From the NCBI GenBank assembly GCA_963786955.1, contig CAWBAT010000009.1, positions 64,001-128,000 on the forward strand: a stretch of DNA of 64,000 bases, in the 5' to 3' direction. Shown here in pieces: positions 43,747 to 53,627 of the stretch (positions within the stretch are counted from its first letter, which is position 1; every line of letters begins with the position of its first letter). Below the pieces are notes generated by a model. The model saw only the letters and a list, made by a program, of their open reading frames with translations. It ran no database searches and was not told the origin of the DNA. Both the position numbers and the translations under genes were made by a program. This DNA comes from an uncultured Acidimicrobiia bacterium. GTDB taxonomy: Bacteria; Acidobacteriota; Terriglobia; Versatilivoradales; Versatilivoraceae.

Positions 43747-46176
43747 ATGTCAAAATCAATCGTTATTGTTGAATCACCGGCCAAAGCAAAGACTATTAAT
43801 AAATATTTGGGCCCGGACTATGTCGTCAAGGCTTCCATGGGACACGTCAAAGACCTGCCCAAAAAAGGCCTGGGCGTCGATGTCAAAAAAGACTTCGCGC
43901 CAACTTATGAAGTTATCCCCGGAAAAGAAAAGGTTCTTAAGGAACTTAAAGCTGCCGCGCGGGATGTGGAGGCTGTTTACATCGCAACCGATCCGGACCG
44001 GGAAGGCGAAGCGATCGGCTGGCATATCGCCGAAGAGTTAGCCTCCAAGAAACGCAAAGTCTATCGGGTCCTTTTCAATGAAATCACCCGCAAAGCCATC
44101 CAGGAATCCTTTAAGAATCCTGGAGTGATTGATTCCCACTTGGTGGATGCACAACAAGCCAGGCGGATTCTCGACCGCTTGGTCGGCTACAAGGTGAGCC
44201 CGCTACTTTGGGAAAAGGTCAGGCGTGGTCTTTCGGCAGGCCGCGTCCAGAGCGTGGCCTTGCGGCTGGTGGTGGACCGCGAGAATGAAATCCGGGCCTT
44301 CATTCCCAAGGAATACTGGTCCATTACGGCCCACCTCACCGGACACAATCCGCCTCCCTTCGAAGCGCGTTTGCACAAATTTGCGGGAAAGAATATTGAG
44401 ATTGGCAATGCCGCCCAATCCAAAGATATCGTCACAGAGCTTGAAAAAGCCCATTACATCGTCGAAAAGGTCGAGAAAAAGGAAAAGAAACGCTATCCCG
44501 TCCCCCCATTTATTACCAGTAAGCTGCAACAGGAGGCCTCCCGAAAACTCCGCTTCACTGTCAAGAAGACGATGATGGTGGCGCAACGCTTATACGAGGG
44601 GATTGAAATAGCTGGCGAGGGCAGTATTGGATTGATCACCTATATGCGAACGGATTCAACCCGAGTCTCCGATGACGCACTCTCGGAAGCACGCCAATAT
44701 ATTGGAACGACTTTTGGAAGCGAGTATCTCCCTGAGAAACCCATTTTTTACAAAAGCAAGAAATCTGCTCAGGACGCCCACGAAGCCATAAGACCCACCT
44801 CCACGGCCTATCATCCGGACGAGGTGAAACAGCATCTGTCTCCCGACGAATACAAGCTCTACAAACTGATTTGGCAACGATTTCTCGCTTCCCAAATGAA
44901 TCCCGCTCTTTTCGATCAGACTTCAGTGGATATCGGCGCCGGAAAATATCTATTCCGAGCGTCGGGTTCCCTGCTGAAGTTCGACGGCTTCCTCAAAGTC
45001 TATGATGAGAGCAAAGACGAAAAAGATGAAGAAGACGATGAACTCGAGCACAGATTGCCCCAATTGACGGAAGGCGAGAGCCTCGATCTGAATCAGCTTG
45101 TCCCGGAACAACATTTTACGCAACCTCCGCCGCGTTTCACCGAAGCCACACTCGTGAAGACCCTGGAAGAGAAAGGAATTGGCAGACCCTCCACCTACGC
45201 GACCATTCTGACCACCATTCAGGATCGCGAGTATGCAGTGAAAGAAGAAGGCAAATTCAGACCGACAGAATTGGGATTTGTCATCACCGAGTTGCTCGTG
45301 ACGAGTTTTGCCGACATTTTCGACGTTCAGTATACTGCCCGGATGGAAGAAGAACTGGACGAAATCGAAGAAGGCAAAATGGCCTGGACCGATGCGTTGC
45401 ATGAATTCTACGCGAAGTTTGCGGCCGATCTAAAAATCGCCCAGAAGCAGATGAAAGATATTAAAGCCATGGAAGAACCCACGGGCGAAGTGTGTGAAAA
45501 ATGTGGTAGCCCGATGGTGATCAAGTGGGGAAGGCATGGGAAATTCGTGGCTTGCTCCGGCTATCCAGAGTGCAAGAACACTCGCGAACTCGCTACGGAG
45601 GGGAACGCCACTTCCAGTCAGACGAACGAAGTTGAGGCCATCAATGAAGTTTGTGAGAACTGTGGACGCCCCATGACCCTAAAACGGGGCCGGTTCGGCC
45701 AGTTTTTGGCTTGCACGGGCTATCCCGAGTGCAAGACAACCAAGCGAATTGCCGGGAGCCAATCAGCAAAATCCAACCAACCGGATGTTCCCCTGACGGA
45801 AAAATGCCCGCAGTGTGGCAAGAACCTCGTAATGAAATACGGTCGATTTGGAGAATTTACAGCCTGTAGTGATTATCCAACCTGTAAATTCATCAAGAAG
45901 AAAACACTGGGTATTTCCTGCCCCCGCCCCGACTGCAAGGGCGAACTGGTGGAAAAACGTTCCCGCAAGGGAAAGACATTTTACGGCTGTGACCAATATC
46001 CAAATTGTGATTTCACAGCCTGGAACAAACCGATTTCCAAGCCCTGCCCTCAATGCGGAGCCCAATACCTCCTCGAGAAAACAACTAAGAAACAGGGCAC
46101 TATTCAGTATTGCAATAACGAACCCTGCGACTACAAAGAATCGATTGAACTGGTAGAAGAAACGACCCCTGTTTAA
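43747..46176 (+). CDS. topA: DNA topoisomerase I
   Basis: VESPAKA, DPDREGE, SAGRVQS, ITYMRTDS and C-terminal zinc ribbons. Confidence 0.98.
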   Translation: MSKSIVIVESPAKAKTINKYLGPDYVVKASMGHVKDLPKKGLGVDVKKDFAPTYEVIPGKEKVLKELKAAARDVEAVYIATDPDREGEAIGWHIAEELASKKRKVYRVLFNEITRKAIQESFKNPGVIDSHLVDAQQARRILDRLVGYKVSPLLWEKVRRGLSAGRVQSVALRLVVDRENEIRAFIPKEYWSITAHLTGHNPPPFEARLHKFAGKNIEIGNAAQSKDIVTELEKAHYIVEKVEKKEKKRYPVPPFITSKLQQEASRKLRFTVKKTMMVAQRLYEGIEIAGEGSIGLITYMRTDSTRVSDDALSEARQYIGTTFGSEYLPEKPIFYKSKKSAQDAHEAIRPTSTAYHPDEVKQHLSPDEYKLYKLIWQRFLASQMNPALFDQTSVDIGAGKYLFRASGSLLKFDGFLKVYDESKDEKDEEDDELEHRLPQLTEGESLDLNQLVPEQHFTQPPPRFTEATLVKTLEEKGIGRPSTYATILTTIQDREYAVKEEGKFRPTELGFVITELLVTSFADIFDVQYTARMEEELDEIEEGKMAWTDALHEFYAKFAADLKIAQKQMKDIKAMEEPTGEVCEKCGSPMVIKWGRHGKFVACSGYPECKNTRELATEGNATSSQTNEVEAINEVCENCGRPMTLKRGRFGQFLACTGYPECKTTKRIAGSQSAKSNQPDVPLTEKCPQCGKNLVMKYGRFGEFTACSDYPTCKFIKKKTLGISCPRPDCKGELVEKRSRKGKTFYGCDQYPNCDFTAWNKPISKPCPQCGAQYLLEKTTKKQGTIQYCNNEPCDYKESIELVEETTPV

Positions 46177-46269
46177 AGAATACATCCCAAAATGATCCCT
46201 AGCAAAATCGGACGCCAGGTGTGGACGCCTGTCACCTCGCATGAAAGTAGCAACAGGACTCTGGCCTGT

Positions 46270-46582
46270 TGTCCGGGGCCAGCGGCAACCGGCTACAACT
46301 TTTCAACACCCGCTGTAGCCGGCCTCGATGAGGCCGGTCATGGTCCGGGGCCATCGGCCCCGGCTAACACTTTTCAGCACCCGCTGTAGCCGGCCTCGTT
46401 GAGGCCGGTCCATGTCCGGGGCCAGCGGCCCCGGCTACAACTTTTCAGCACCCGCTGTAGCCGGCCTCGTTGAGGCCGGTCCATGTCCGGGGCCAGCGGC
46501 CTCAGGCTACAACTTTTCAGCACCCGCTGTAGCCGGCCTCGATGAGGCCGGTCCATGTCCGGGGCCAGCGGCCCCGGCTACA
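46270..46582. repeat. Tandem array A of 71-72-bp REPIN units (about 4.5 copies)
   Basis: TGTAG starts at 46314, 46385, 46456 and 46528. Unit TGTAGCCGGCCTCGWTGAGGCCGGTCCATGTCCGGGGCCAGCGGCCCCGGCTACA plus a 16-bp linker. Confidence 0.93.
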
Positions 46583-46770
46583 ACAGCGCTACGTAATCTT
46601 GTACAAAAAATGAAAGTACAGAGAGCCCGTGCCATTAAGTCCTCTCCGATGACTTCCAATAAGTTGACATGGGGGCCATCTCATTGTTCATTATTTGAAG
46701 ATGAGATTAGGTTTCATTTTCCCTTCCAATTGATCCCTGGCAACATCGCACGACAGGCGTGGACGCCTGT

Positions 46771-46940
46771 TGTCCGCGACCAGCGGCCCCGGCTACAACT
46801 TTTCAGCACCCGCTGTAGCCGGCCTCGATGAGGCCGGTCCATGTCCGGGGCCAGCGGCCTCAGGCTACAACTTTTCAGCACCCGCTGTAGCCGGCCTCGT
46901 TGAGGCCGGTCCATGTCCGGGGCCAGCGGCCCCGGCTACA
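46771..46940. repeat. Tandem array B of the same REPIN unit (about 2.5 copies)
   Basis: TGTAG starts at 46814 and 46886. Same leader and trailer as array A. Confidence 0.93.
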
Positions 46941-47094
46941 ACAGCGCTACGTAATCTTGTACAAAAAGTAAAAATACAGAGAGCCTGCGCCACTAGGTCC
47001 TCTCCGATCACTTCCAACAAGTTGACTAGATAGAAGATCATGAGCCGTATGGGTAGTTTTTTGATCCCTTGGAAATTGATGCTAAACTGAATCC

Positions 47095-48456
47095 GTGAAA
47101 CCTGAACCCATACTCGTCATTGGTGGTGGACTGGCTGGGTGCGAGGCCGCTTGGCAGATCGCCCAGCGCGGCTTCAAGGTGCAGCTCTATGAAATGCGCC
47201 CGATAACCCCCACACCGGCTCATAAGACCGACCAATTAGCCGAAATCGTCTGTAGCAATTCCTTTAAGTCTGACCAGGAAGGGAGCGCTCCCTGGCTCTT
47301 GAAGGAAGAGTTGAAAAAGCTGGATTCCTTACTGATACGCCTCGCCTACGAGCACCGTGTTCCAAGCGGTGCCTCGCTTTCTGTAGACCGGGAACGGTTC
47401 GCGGCTGCCGTGACGGAGTGCCTCGCCCAGTGCCACGGCATCGAAATCCGTCGCGAGGAGATAGGGGCGGTTCCGCAAGGACCCATTTCAATAATTGCCA
47501 CCGGTCCTCTTACCTCGGAACGGCTTTCCCAGTCGATCAGTGATTTTGCCGGCGAAAGCCATCTCTATTTTTATGATGCCATCAGCCCCATCGTGGACGC
47601 CGACAGCATTGATTATTCAAAAGTCTATCGGGCGTCTCGTTATGACAAAGGGGAGGCTGATTACCTGAATTGTCCCTTCAGCAAAGAAGAATACCTGGTG
47701 TTTTATGACGCCCTCATTCGGGCTGAATCCGTTCCGTTGCACGGCTGCGAAAGCGCCGCCTACTTTGAGGCTTGCCTCCCGATCGAAGAGATGGGGCGCC
47801 GAGGCGTGGATACCCTGCGCTTTGGCCCGATGAAGCCGGTGGGCCTACAGGATCCCCGAACCGGGAAGAGACCTTATGCTGTTCTCCAGTTGAGGCAAGA
47901 GAATTTGCGAGCGGACAGCTACAATCTGGTCGGATTTCAGAACCACTTGCGCTTTGGAGAACAAGAAAAAGTCTTTCGGTTGATCCCAGGACTTGAAAAT
48001 GCTCGATTTTCAAGACTGGGACAGATTCATCGAAACACCTTCATTAATGCGCCCAGACTCCTTGGCCCTACTTTGCAGTCCAAAAAGGATCCGCGAGTTT
48101 TTTTTGCCGGACAGATTTCAGGTGTGGAAGGTTATGTCGAATGCATTGCGACCGGACTGATCGCCGGTGTGAACGCCAGCCTGCTGGCTGCAGGCGAATC
48201 TCTTGGGGTGCCTCCCCGTTCGACAGCCATTGGTTCTCTCATCAATTACCTGGTTTCGGCCGACCCCCAAAACTTTCAACCGGAGAATATTAATTTTGGG
48301 ATTATGCCCCCTCCGGAACTGCCCTTACCCGCAAGAAAAATGGGTAAAATGGAAAAGCACCTCCTGCAAACGAAGAGGGCGTTAACAGATATCGACGATC
48401 TCGCTCAGGATTTGAAGAACACCTTTTCGATCAGGTGCATGGAACAGAATGGATAG
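47095..48456 (+). CDS. trmFO: tRNA (uracil-5)-methyltransferase TrmFO
   Basis: GGGLAGCEAA, EIVCSNS, FGPMKPVGL and GQISGVEGY. Located between topA and xerC. Confidence 0.97.
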   Translation: MKPEPILVIGGGLAGCEAAWQIAQRGFKVQLYEMRPITPTPAHKTDQLAEIVCSNSFKSDQEGSAPWLLKEELKKLDSLLIRLAYEHRVPSGASLSVDRERFAAAVTECLAQCHGIEIRREEIGAVPQGPISIIATGPLTSERLSQSISDFAGESHLYFYDAISPIVDADSIDYSKVYRASRYDKGEADYLNCPFSKEEYLVFYDALIRAESVPLHGCESAAYFEACLPIEEMGRRGVDTLRFGPMKPVGLQDPRTGKRPYAVLQLRQENLRADSYNLVGFQNHLRFGEQEKVFRLIPGLENARFSRLGQIHRNTFINAPRLLGPTLQSKKDPRVFFAGQISGVEGYVECIATGLIAGVNASLLAAGESLGVPPRSTAIGSLINYLVSADPQNFQPENINFGIMPPPELPLPARKMGKMEKHLLQTKRALTDIDDLAQDLKNTFSIRCMEQNG

Positions 48457-48469
48457 AAGCCCATATCGC

Positions 48470-48574
48470 AAGGGGGACGGCGTTCCCCCTTTATAGTGGG
48501 ATTATTGTAGGGGCAAGGCATTCGATGGAGTAAGCAGCGATGAGCCTCCGTCAAGATCACGAATACTGTGCCCT
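48470..48574. repeat. Hairpin followed by a GTAG-type REP
   Basis: AAGGGGGA...TCCCCCTT, then TGTAGGGGCAAGGCATTCG...CGAATACTGTGCCCT. Confidence 0.5.
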
Positions 48575-48613
48575 TCCGGCAGGAACTGACAAAAGGTTTT
48601 GAGAACTAGGATC

Positions 48614-49531
48614 ATGCCCTCATTCGTTGAATGGATTGTCCGATTTGAAGATTATTTACGCTTAAAGAACGCCTCGGGACATACCGTGCGGAACTACGTA
48701 AGCGATCTTACGCAGTTCCAGGAATACCTAACACCACCTGGACATGAGGGAGAATCTATCTCTTGCACGATCGAAAAGCTCGATCATCATCTCATCCTTG
48801 AATATCTGGTTCATTTACACTCGCAAGAAATTGAAAACTCATCAAAATCTCGTAAAATTTCTGCCATCCGTTCATTCTGCAAGTTTCTATGCAAGGAAGG
48901 CGCGCTCGAACAAAACCCTGCAAAGTTGATCCGGCTCCCGAAAGTATCTAAGAAGATTCCCGGCTATCTTTCCGTCGACGACTGTGTTCGATTGATTGAA
49001 TCTCCAGACTTAGGCACCCCGATGGGACTTCGAGACCGTTCAATTTTAGAACTACTCTATGCCTGTGGGATTCGTGTCAGCGAGTGCGCGGGAATGAATC
49101 TGGAAGACATCAATTTCAAAGAAGACCTTATCTTGGTGAGAGGGAAAGGCAAGAAGGAAAGGGTTGTGCCATTTGGCCGCCATTGTCATGCCGCACTGGA
49201 AGCGTATTTGCAGGCTCGGCGGAGCTTCTTCAGAAACCGAATCACAGAAGAAAAGTCTCCACTCTTCTTGAGCCATGTCGGAACGCGTTTGACAACCCGC
49301 TCCATCGCTCGCATGGTGGATAAATACGTACGGACATCCGGACTAGCTCAAAAGATCAGCCCGCATGGTATTCGCCATTCGTTCGCGACCCACTTACTGA
49401 ATTCAGGGGCCGACCTCCGTTCCATTCAAGAGTTGCTTGGTCACAAAAGCTTGTCCACAACTCAAAAATATACTCATCTTTCGATCGGCCATTTGATGGA
49501 GCAGTATGACAAAGCCCACCCAAAAGCGTAG
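48614..49531 (+). CDS. xerC: Tyrosine recombinase XerC
   Basis: GIRVSE, GKGKKER, HGIRHSFATH, LLGH and TTQKY. dprA-topA-trmFO-xerC synteny. Confidence 0.9.
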   Translation: MPSFVEWIVRFEDYLRLKNASGHTVRNYVSDLTQFQEYLTPPGHEGESISCTIEKLDHHLILEYLVHLHSQEIENSSKSRKISAIRSFCKFLCKEGALEQNPAKLIRLPKVSKKIPGYLSVDDCVRLIESPDLGTPMGLRDRSILELLYACGIRVSECAGMNLEDINFKEDLILVRGKGKKERVVPFGRHCHAALEAYLQARRSFFRNRITEEKSPLFLSHVGTRLTTRSIARMVDKYVRTSGLAQKISPHGIRHSFATHLLNSGADLRSIQELLGHKSLSTTQKYTHLSIGHLMEQYDKAHPKA

Positions 49532-49611
49532 GGAGCTTTTTTCAACGATAATCATTCTATCTGTCTATGTAGTGATGTTTTCAATTCAACTTCGCCAAAA
49601 TTGTTGAACGA

Positions 49612-49698
49612 ACCCACCCCTACGCCCCTCCAATGGAGGGGAATTAAGACGAGTCCCCTCTTGGAAGGGGAAGAGGGGTTTAGCCCTCAGGGGTGGAT
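49612..49698. repeat. CCCCT/AGGGG nested palindromic element
   Basis: CCACCCCT [CCCCTCC-AAT-GGAGGGG] [TCCCCT...AGGGGA] AGGGGTGG. Confidence 0.7.
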
Positions 49699-49747
49699 AG
49701 GATTCATGATCGTATCAATGAATCCAAGTACTAAGTAATCTCTTTCC

Positions 49748-50897
49748 ATGTCTCTAACGCAAGAAATCAAGGCGAAAGCTCTCGACATAGGATTTTCCAA
49801 GGTAGGAATTAGCCCTGCGGAGCGGCTCGACGAACGGAACGGCCTCCAATCCTGGCTTGCCGCAGGACGAGCCGGTGAGATGGAATGGATGAACCGTTAC
49901 CCTGACAAACGGGTCGATCCCGCGAAAGTCCTTCCCAAAGTACAGTCGGTCATCGCTTTGGCTATGAATTACTACACCCCGCTTGTCTCATTCTGAAAAC
50001 GGCCAACATGGCAAAATCTCTCGCTACGCCTGGGGACGCGACTATCATCAGGTCATGAACGATCGTTTGAAACAGTTGTGGGAATGGATCAGAGACTGCA
50101 ACCCCTCAGCGGAAGGCCTCTTCTATTCGGATACCGGTCCGCTCATGGACAAGGCTTGGGCTCACAGGAGTGGACTTGGCTGGATCGGCAAACACTCCAA
50201 TGTGATCACGCGCGATCGCGGATCATGGGTTTTCTTAGGAGAGATTCTTATCAGTCTGAAACTCGACTATGATGTCGAAAGCCGAAATTATTGTGGCAGT
50301 TGCCGGCGATGCATCGACTGTTGCCCGACTAAAGCCATTGTTGCCCCTTATGTCGTAGACGCCCGTTTATGCATTTCGTATCTCACGATTGAACTCCGTG
50401 GCCCGATTCCCCGTGAGCTTCGATCGATGATTGGCTCTCGAATTTTTGGCTGTGATGACTGCCAGGACGTCTGCCCTTGGAATCGCTTTGCAACCGCCTC
50501 GACGGAGAAGGAGTTTTATCCGGACCCAAGGAATCATGTGCCTGTTTTACGCGATCTAATGGAGATGACTGAAACCGAATTTAAAGAACGTTTTCGCCAC
50601 AGTCCGGTAAGACGTGCCCGGTATGCTGGTTTCTTGCGCAACGTTGCCGTTGCGCTTGGAAACAGCCACGATTCCTCGGCTTGTGACGTATTAGAGAAAT
50701 CGTTAACACACGACGCGCCACTTGTTCGGTCCCATGCGGCCTGGGCCTTAGCAGAAATTGGCAATCCAGATTCACTGCCCGCATTGATTAGAGCCGCCTC
50801 GACCGAGCCCGAAACGTGGGTGCGTGATGAATTCCAGGAGGCCATCAACTCCTTCCAATCCAAGCCTTCTTTGACGTCGAACTTTTCGCCGACGTAG
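49748..50897 (+). pseudogene. queG: Epoxyqueuosine reductase split by a +1 frameshift
   Basis: N-terminal 82-aa ORF ends MNYYTPLVSF*. The next frame continues ISRYAWGRDYH, CGSCRRCIDCCP and GCDDCQDVCPWN, then HEAT repeats. Confidence 0.85.
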
Positions 50898-51000
50898 ATC
50901 GTATTTGTAACAAGCGGCCCTTTTTGCTAGAACGACAGACTACCCGCTTGGGGTCTCATTTCTTCCAATTCACATAAGGCTTGAAACACCCCGGTGCCTC

Positions 51001-52245
51001 ATGAAGAACCTATTCTACTTTTTCCTGGATGCCACAACGATCGCTTTGCAGGCGATTTTTTCCCACAAACTTCGCTCGTTCCTGACCCTCATTGGCATCA
51101 TCATTGGAGTCGCATCGGTCGTTTTAGTTGGGGCTTCCATCAGCGGCTTAAACACCTACGTTCTTACCAATGTTACCAAACAACTGGGTGCCAACACCTT
51201 TTACTTCACCTGGTTGGGGGCCATTGGAGAGCTCAGCGAAGAAGAATGGGAAAAGATGATGAGAAGGAACAAGCAAATTGAGTGGGATGAGCTTCGTTTC
51301 GTCAAGGAGAGTTGCCACTCCTGTGTGGATGTGGGCGGCGAACAAAGAGCCACAACAGACATCAAACATGAGGGTGAGGAAATGTTTGGGACAACCATCT
51401 ACGGGTATACTGCCGAAATGTCTGACATCGCGGATTTGACGATCACGGAAGGGCGCTTCTTTATCCCTTATGAAGTCGAGCACTCAATGGAGCTCTGTGT
51501 CATCGGTCAAGACATCAAGGAAAAGTTCTTTCCGAATGTAGACCCTATCGGCAAAACCCTGCGGATACTGAACACGGAAATGAATATCATTGGAGTCCAG
51601 GAAAAGTTGGGCTCGATGTTCGGTCAGTCGATGGACAACAGAATTTACATTCCAATTACTACCCATGAGCAGATATTTGGGAAGCAGAGAGGATTTGGAA
51701 TTCGCGGTAACGCTTCAGACCGTGACTCGTTTCAGCCCACCATTGATGAAGTGAGAGTGCTGCTACGAGCGCGGCGCGGCCTTAAGCCAAATCAGGAAGA
51801 TACATTTGCCACTCTGGACACTGGCCAGATCGACAAACAAATAGGGCAATTTACAGGAGCTATCGCCATGGTGGTTACCCCGGTCACGCTTATTTCACTG
51901 CTGGTTGGCGGGATCGTTGTAATGAACATTATGTTGGTGAGTGTTACTGAGAGAACCTTTGAGATTGGGCTAAGGAAAGCTGTGGGAGCTAGAAGAAACC
52001 AGATTTTAACACAGTTTCTCATCGAATCTTCGACTCTGGCCTCTGTAGGTGGCTTGTTGGGTTTGCTTCTCGCAGCCGGGCTTTCTTGGGTGGTGGAAAT
52101 TGCCACTCCGATTCCTATGACAATTACCATCCCGTATGTCCTGCTCTCGCTAACTGTCTCCGGAGGAATCGGAATGATCTTTGGGATTTATCCTGCGTAT
52201 AAAGCTTCAAGACTCGATCCCATCATTGCGTTGACGAAGAATTAG
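51001..52245 (+). CDS. MacB/FtsX-family ABC permease
   Basis: KLRSFLTLIGIIIGV, MNIMLVSVTERTFEIG and LDPI. Confidence 0.93.
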   Translation: MKNLFYFFLDATTIALQAIFSHKLRSFLTLIGIIIGVASVVLVGASISGLNTYVLTNVTKQLGANTFYFTWLGAIGELSEEEWEKMMRRNKQIEWDELRFVKESCHSCVDVGGEQRATTDIKHEGEEMFGTTIYGYTAEMSDIADLTITEGRFFIPYEVEHSMELCVIGQDIKEKFFPNVDPIGKTLRILNTEMNIIGVQEKLGSMFGQSMDNRIYIPITTHEQIFGKQRGFGIRGNASDRDSFQPTIDEVRVLLRARRGLKPNQEDTFATLDTGQIDKQIGQFTGAIAMVVTPVTLISLLVGGIVVMNIMLVSVTERTFEIGLRKAVGARRNQILTQFLIESSTLASVGGLLGLLLAAGLSWVVEIATPIPMTITIPYVLLSLTVSGGIGMIFGIYPAYKASRLDPIIALTKN

Positions 52246-52249
52246 AGAT

Positions 52250-53512
52250 ATGCACTCAAACCGTTTTCAACAAGGGGTACCAATCGAGAACATCCGAATG
52301 GCGCTCAGCAACCTCTGGGCCAATAAATTCCGAAGCTTCCTGACGTTGCTTGGAATCATGATTGGCGTGATGACGGTAATTGTGGTCGCCTCCGTACTCA
52401 CGGGATTGCGGCAGAATATCGTCAACTTGATTGAAGAGTACGGTACGAATAATTTGTGGGCATTTCATTTAACGACCGGTATTCAAATTGGTCCTCGAGA
52501 CCGCAAGGAACTGACTCGAAAGCCTCTAAACTTAGCCGACGTCGTTGCGATCCAACAGAGTGCACCCGCTGTCAGAGAAGTAGGCTACAAACTCTTCTTA
52601 TGGCGGCTTGAACACACGATAACTTTCGGCGGAAATACTTACAGGCAAGCAAACCTCCAGGGGGTTTCACCCAATTGCGGAAAACTGGATAACGCTGTCA
52701 TTCGGGATGGCCGCTATATCAATGAAGTCGACGACTTGCACCGTCGAGATGTTATGGTGATCGGAATGAATGTAGTAGATGCATTGTTCTCTAACCGCAC
52801 GCAGATTGTGGGAAGTCAGGTAAACCTGGCGGGAAGAACCTATGAGGTTGTTGGCGTCCTAGAGAAAAGAAGAGCAAGTTTTTTCGGAGAAAATGAGGAA
52901 GATAATGCGGTCATTATTCCATACCGTACGGGCGCCAAGTTATCGAACCGCCTTGATGATTTTTTGATCGTTATGCAGGCATATCCTGGAAAGCTCCAAG
53001 AAGCTGTGGATCAGGTGGAAGCTGTGCTCCGCCGCCAGCGAAATGTGAAATATGATCAGCCAAACAATTTTGATATCAATACGCCCGAAAAAATCGTTCG
53101 CCATTTCGACAGTATTACGGCAGCTATTGGATTGATTGCGATTGCCATTTCCGGGGTCGGGCTTTTAGTCGGCGGAATTGGCGTCATGAATATCATGCTG
53201 GTTAGCGTGACGGAAAGAACGCGTGAGATTGGTATTCGCAAAGCCCTTGGAGCAAAGCGTAACGATATTGTGACTCAGTTCCTCTTTGAGGCCATGACCC
53301 TGACCGTTTGTGGTGGGATTGTGGGAATTCTTTTGTCATTACTCGCAAGCATCCTCCTGATGTTCCTCCTCCCGAATCTGCCCTCAACGATTCCCCTTTG
53401 GGCAGTGATCACCGGATTGACCGTCTCGGTCTTGATCGGTCTCGTGTTCGGAGTCTGGCCGGCACGAGTCGCTTCCCTTCTGGATCCTATCGAATGCTTG
53501 CGCTACGAGTAG
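52250..53512 (+). CDS. MacB/FtsX-family ABC permease
   Basis: KFRSFLTLLG, MNIMLVSVTERTREIG and LDPIECLRYE. Confidence 0.93.
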   Translation: MHSNRFQQGVPIENIRMALSNLWANKFRSFLTLLGIMIGVMTVIVVASVLTGLRQNIVNLIEEYGTNNLWAFHLTTGIQIGPRDRKELTRKPLNLADVVAIQQSAPAVREVGYKLFLWRLEHTITFGGNTYRQANLQGVSPNCGKLDNAVIRDGRYINEVDDLHRRDVMVIGMNVVDALFSNRTQIVGSQVNLAGRTYEVVGVLEKRRASFFGENEEDNAVIIPYRTGAKLSNRLDDFLIVMQAYPGKLQEAVDQVEAVLRRQRNVKYDQPNNFDINTPEKIVRHFDSITAAIGLIAIAISGVGLLVGGIGVMNIMLVSVTERTREIGIRKALGAKRNDIVTQFLFEAMTLTVCGGIVGILLSLLASILLMFLLPNLPSTIPLWAVITGLTVSVLIGLVFGVWPARVASLLDPIECLRYE

Positions 53513-53527
53513 AATTAGCCTGAAAGC

Positions 53528-53608
53528 CGCAGAGTCACAGTACGACTCTGCGCCACTTCATCCTCTCCCGACAAATTACGACAGCGGTCTCGGTGAGATC
53601 GCCCTACC
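53528..53608 (-). repeat. Two single REP-like hairpins (GTGG- and GTAG-type) between convergent genes
   Basis: CGCAGAGTC-N7-GACTCTGCG-CCAC and GCGGTCTC-GGT-GAGATCGC-CCTACC. Confidence 0.6.
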
Positions 53609-53627
53609 CATTCTCGGAAACCGCTTG

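Noticed and set aside
46270-46940. CRISPR array
   Set aside because: The intervening 16-bp sequences are constant rather than unique spacers, the repeats are 55-bp double hairpins, and no cas genes are present.
46192-47033. Repetitive ORFs in the track (e.g. 46412-46831, 46770-47033)
   Set aside because: They are translations of the DNA repeat. The 71/72-bp period shifts frame, so the repeat is not under protein-level constraint.
48614-49531. Phage or island integrase
   Set aside because: Size and dprA-topA-trmFO synteny indicate housekeeping XerC, and no phage genes or att sites were seen.
51001-53512. Tandem MacB-type permeases without an ATPase as a novel system
   Set aside because: Paired or orphan permeases of this type are common, and the ATPase may be encoded elsewhere.
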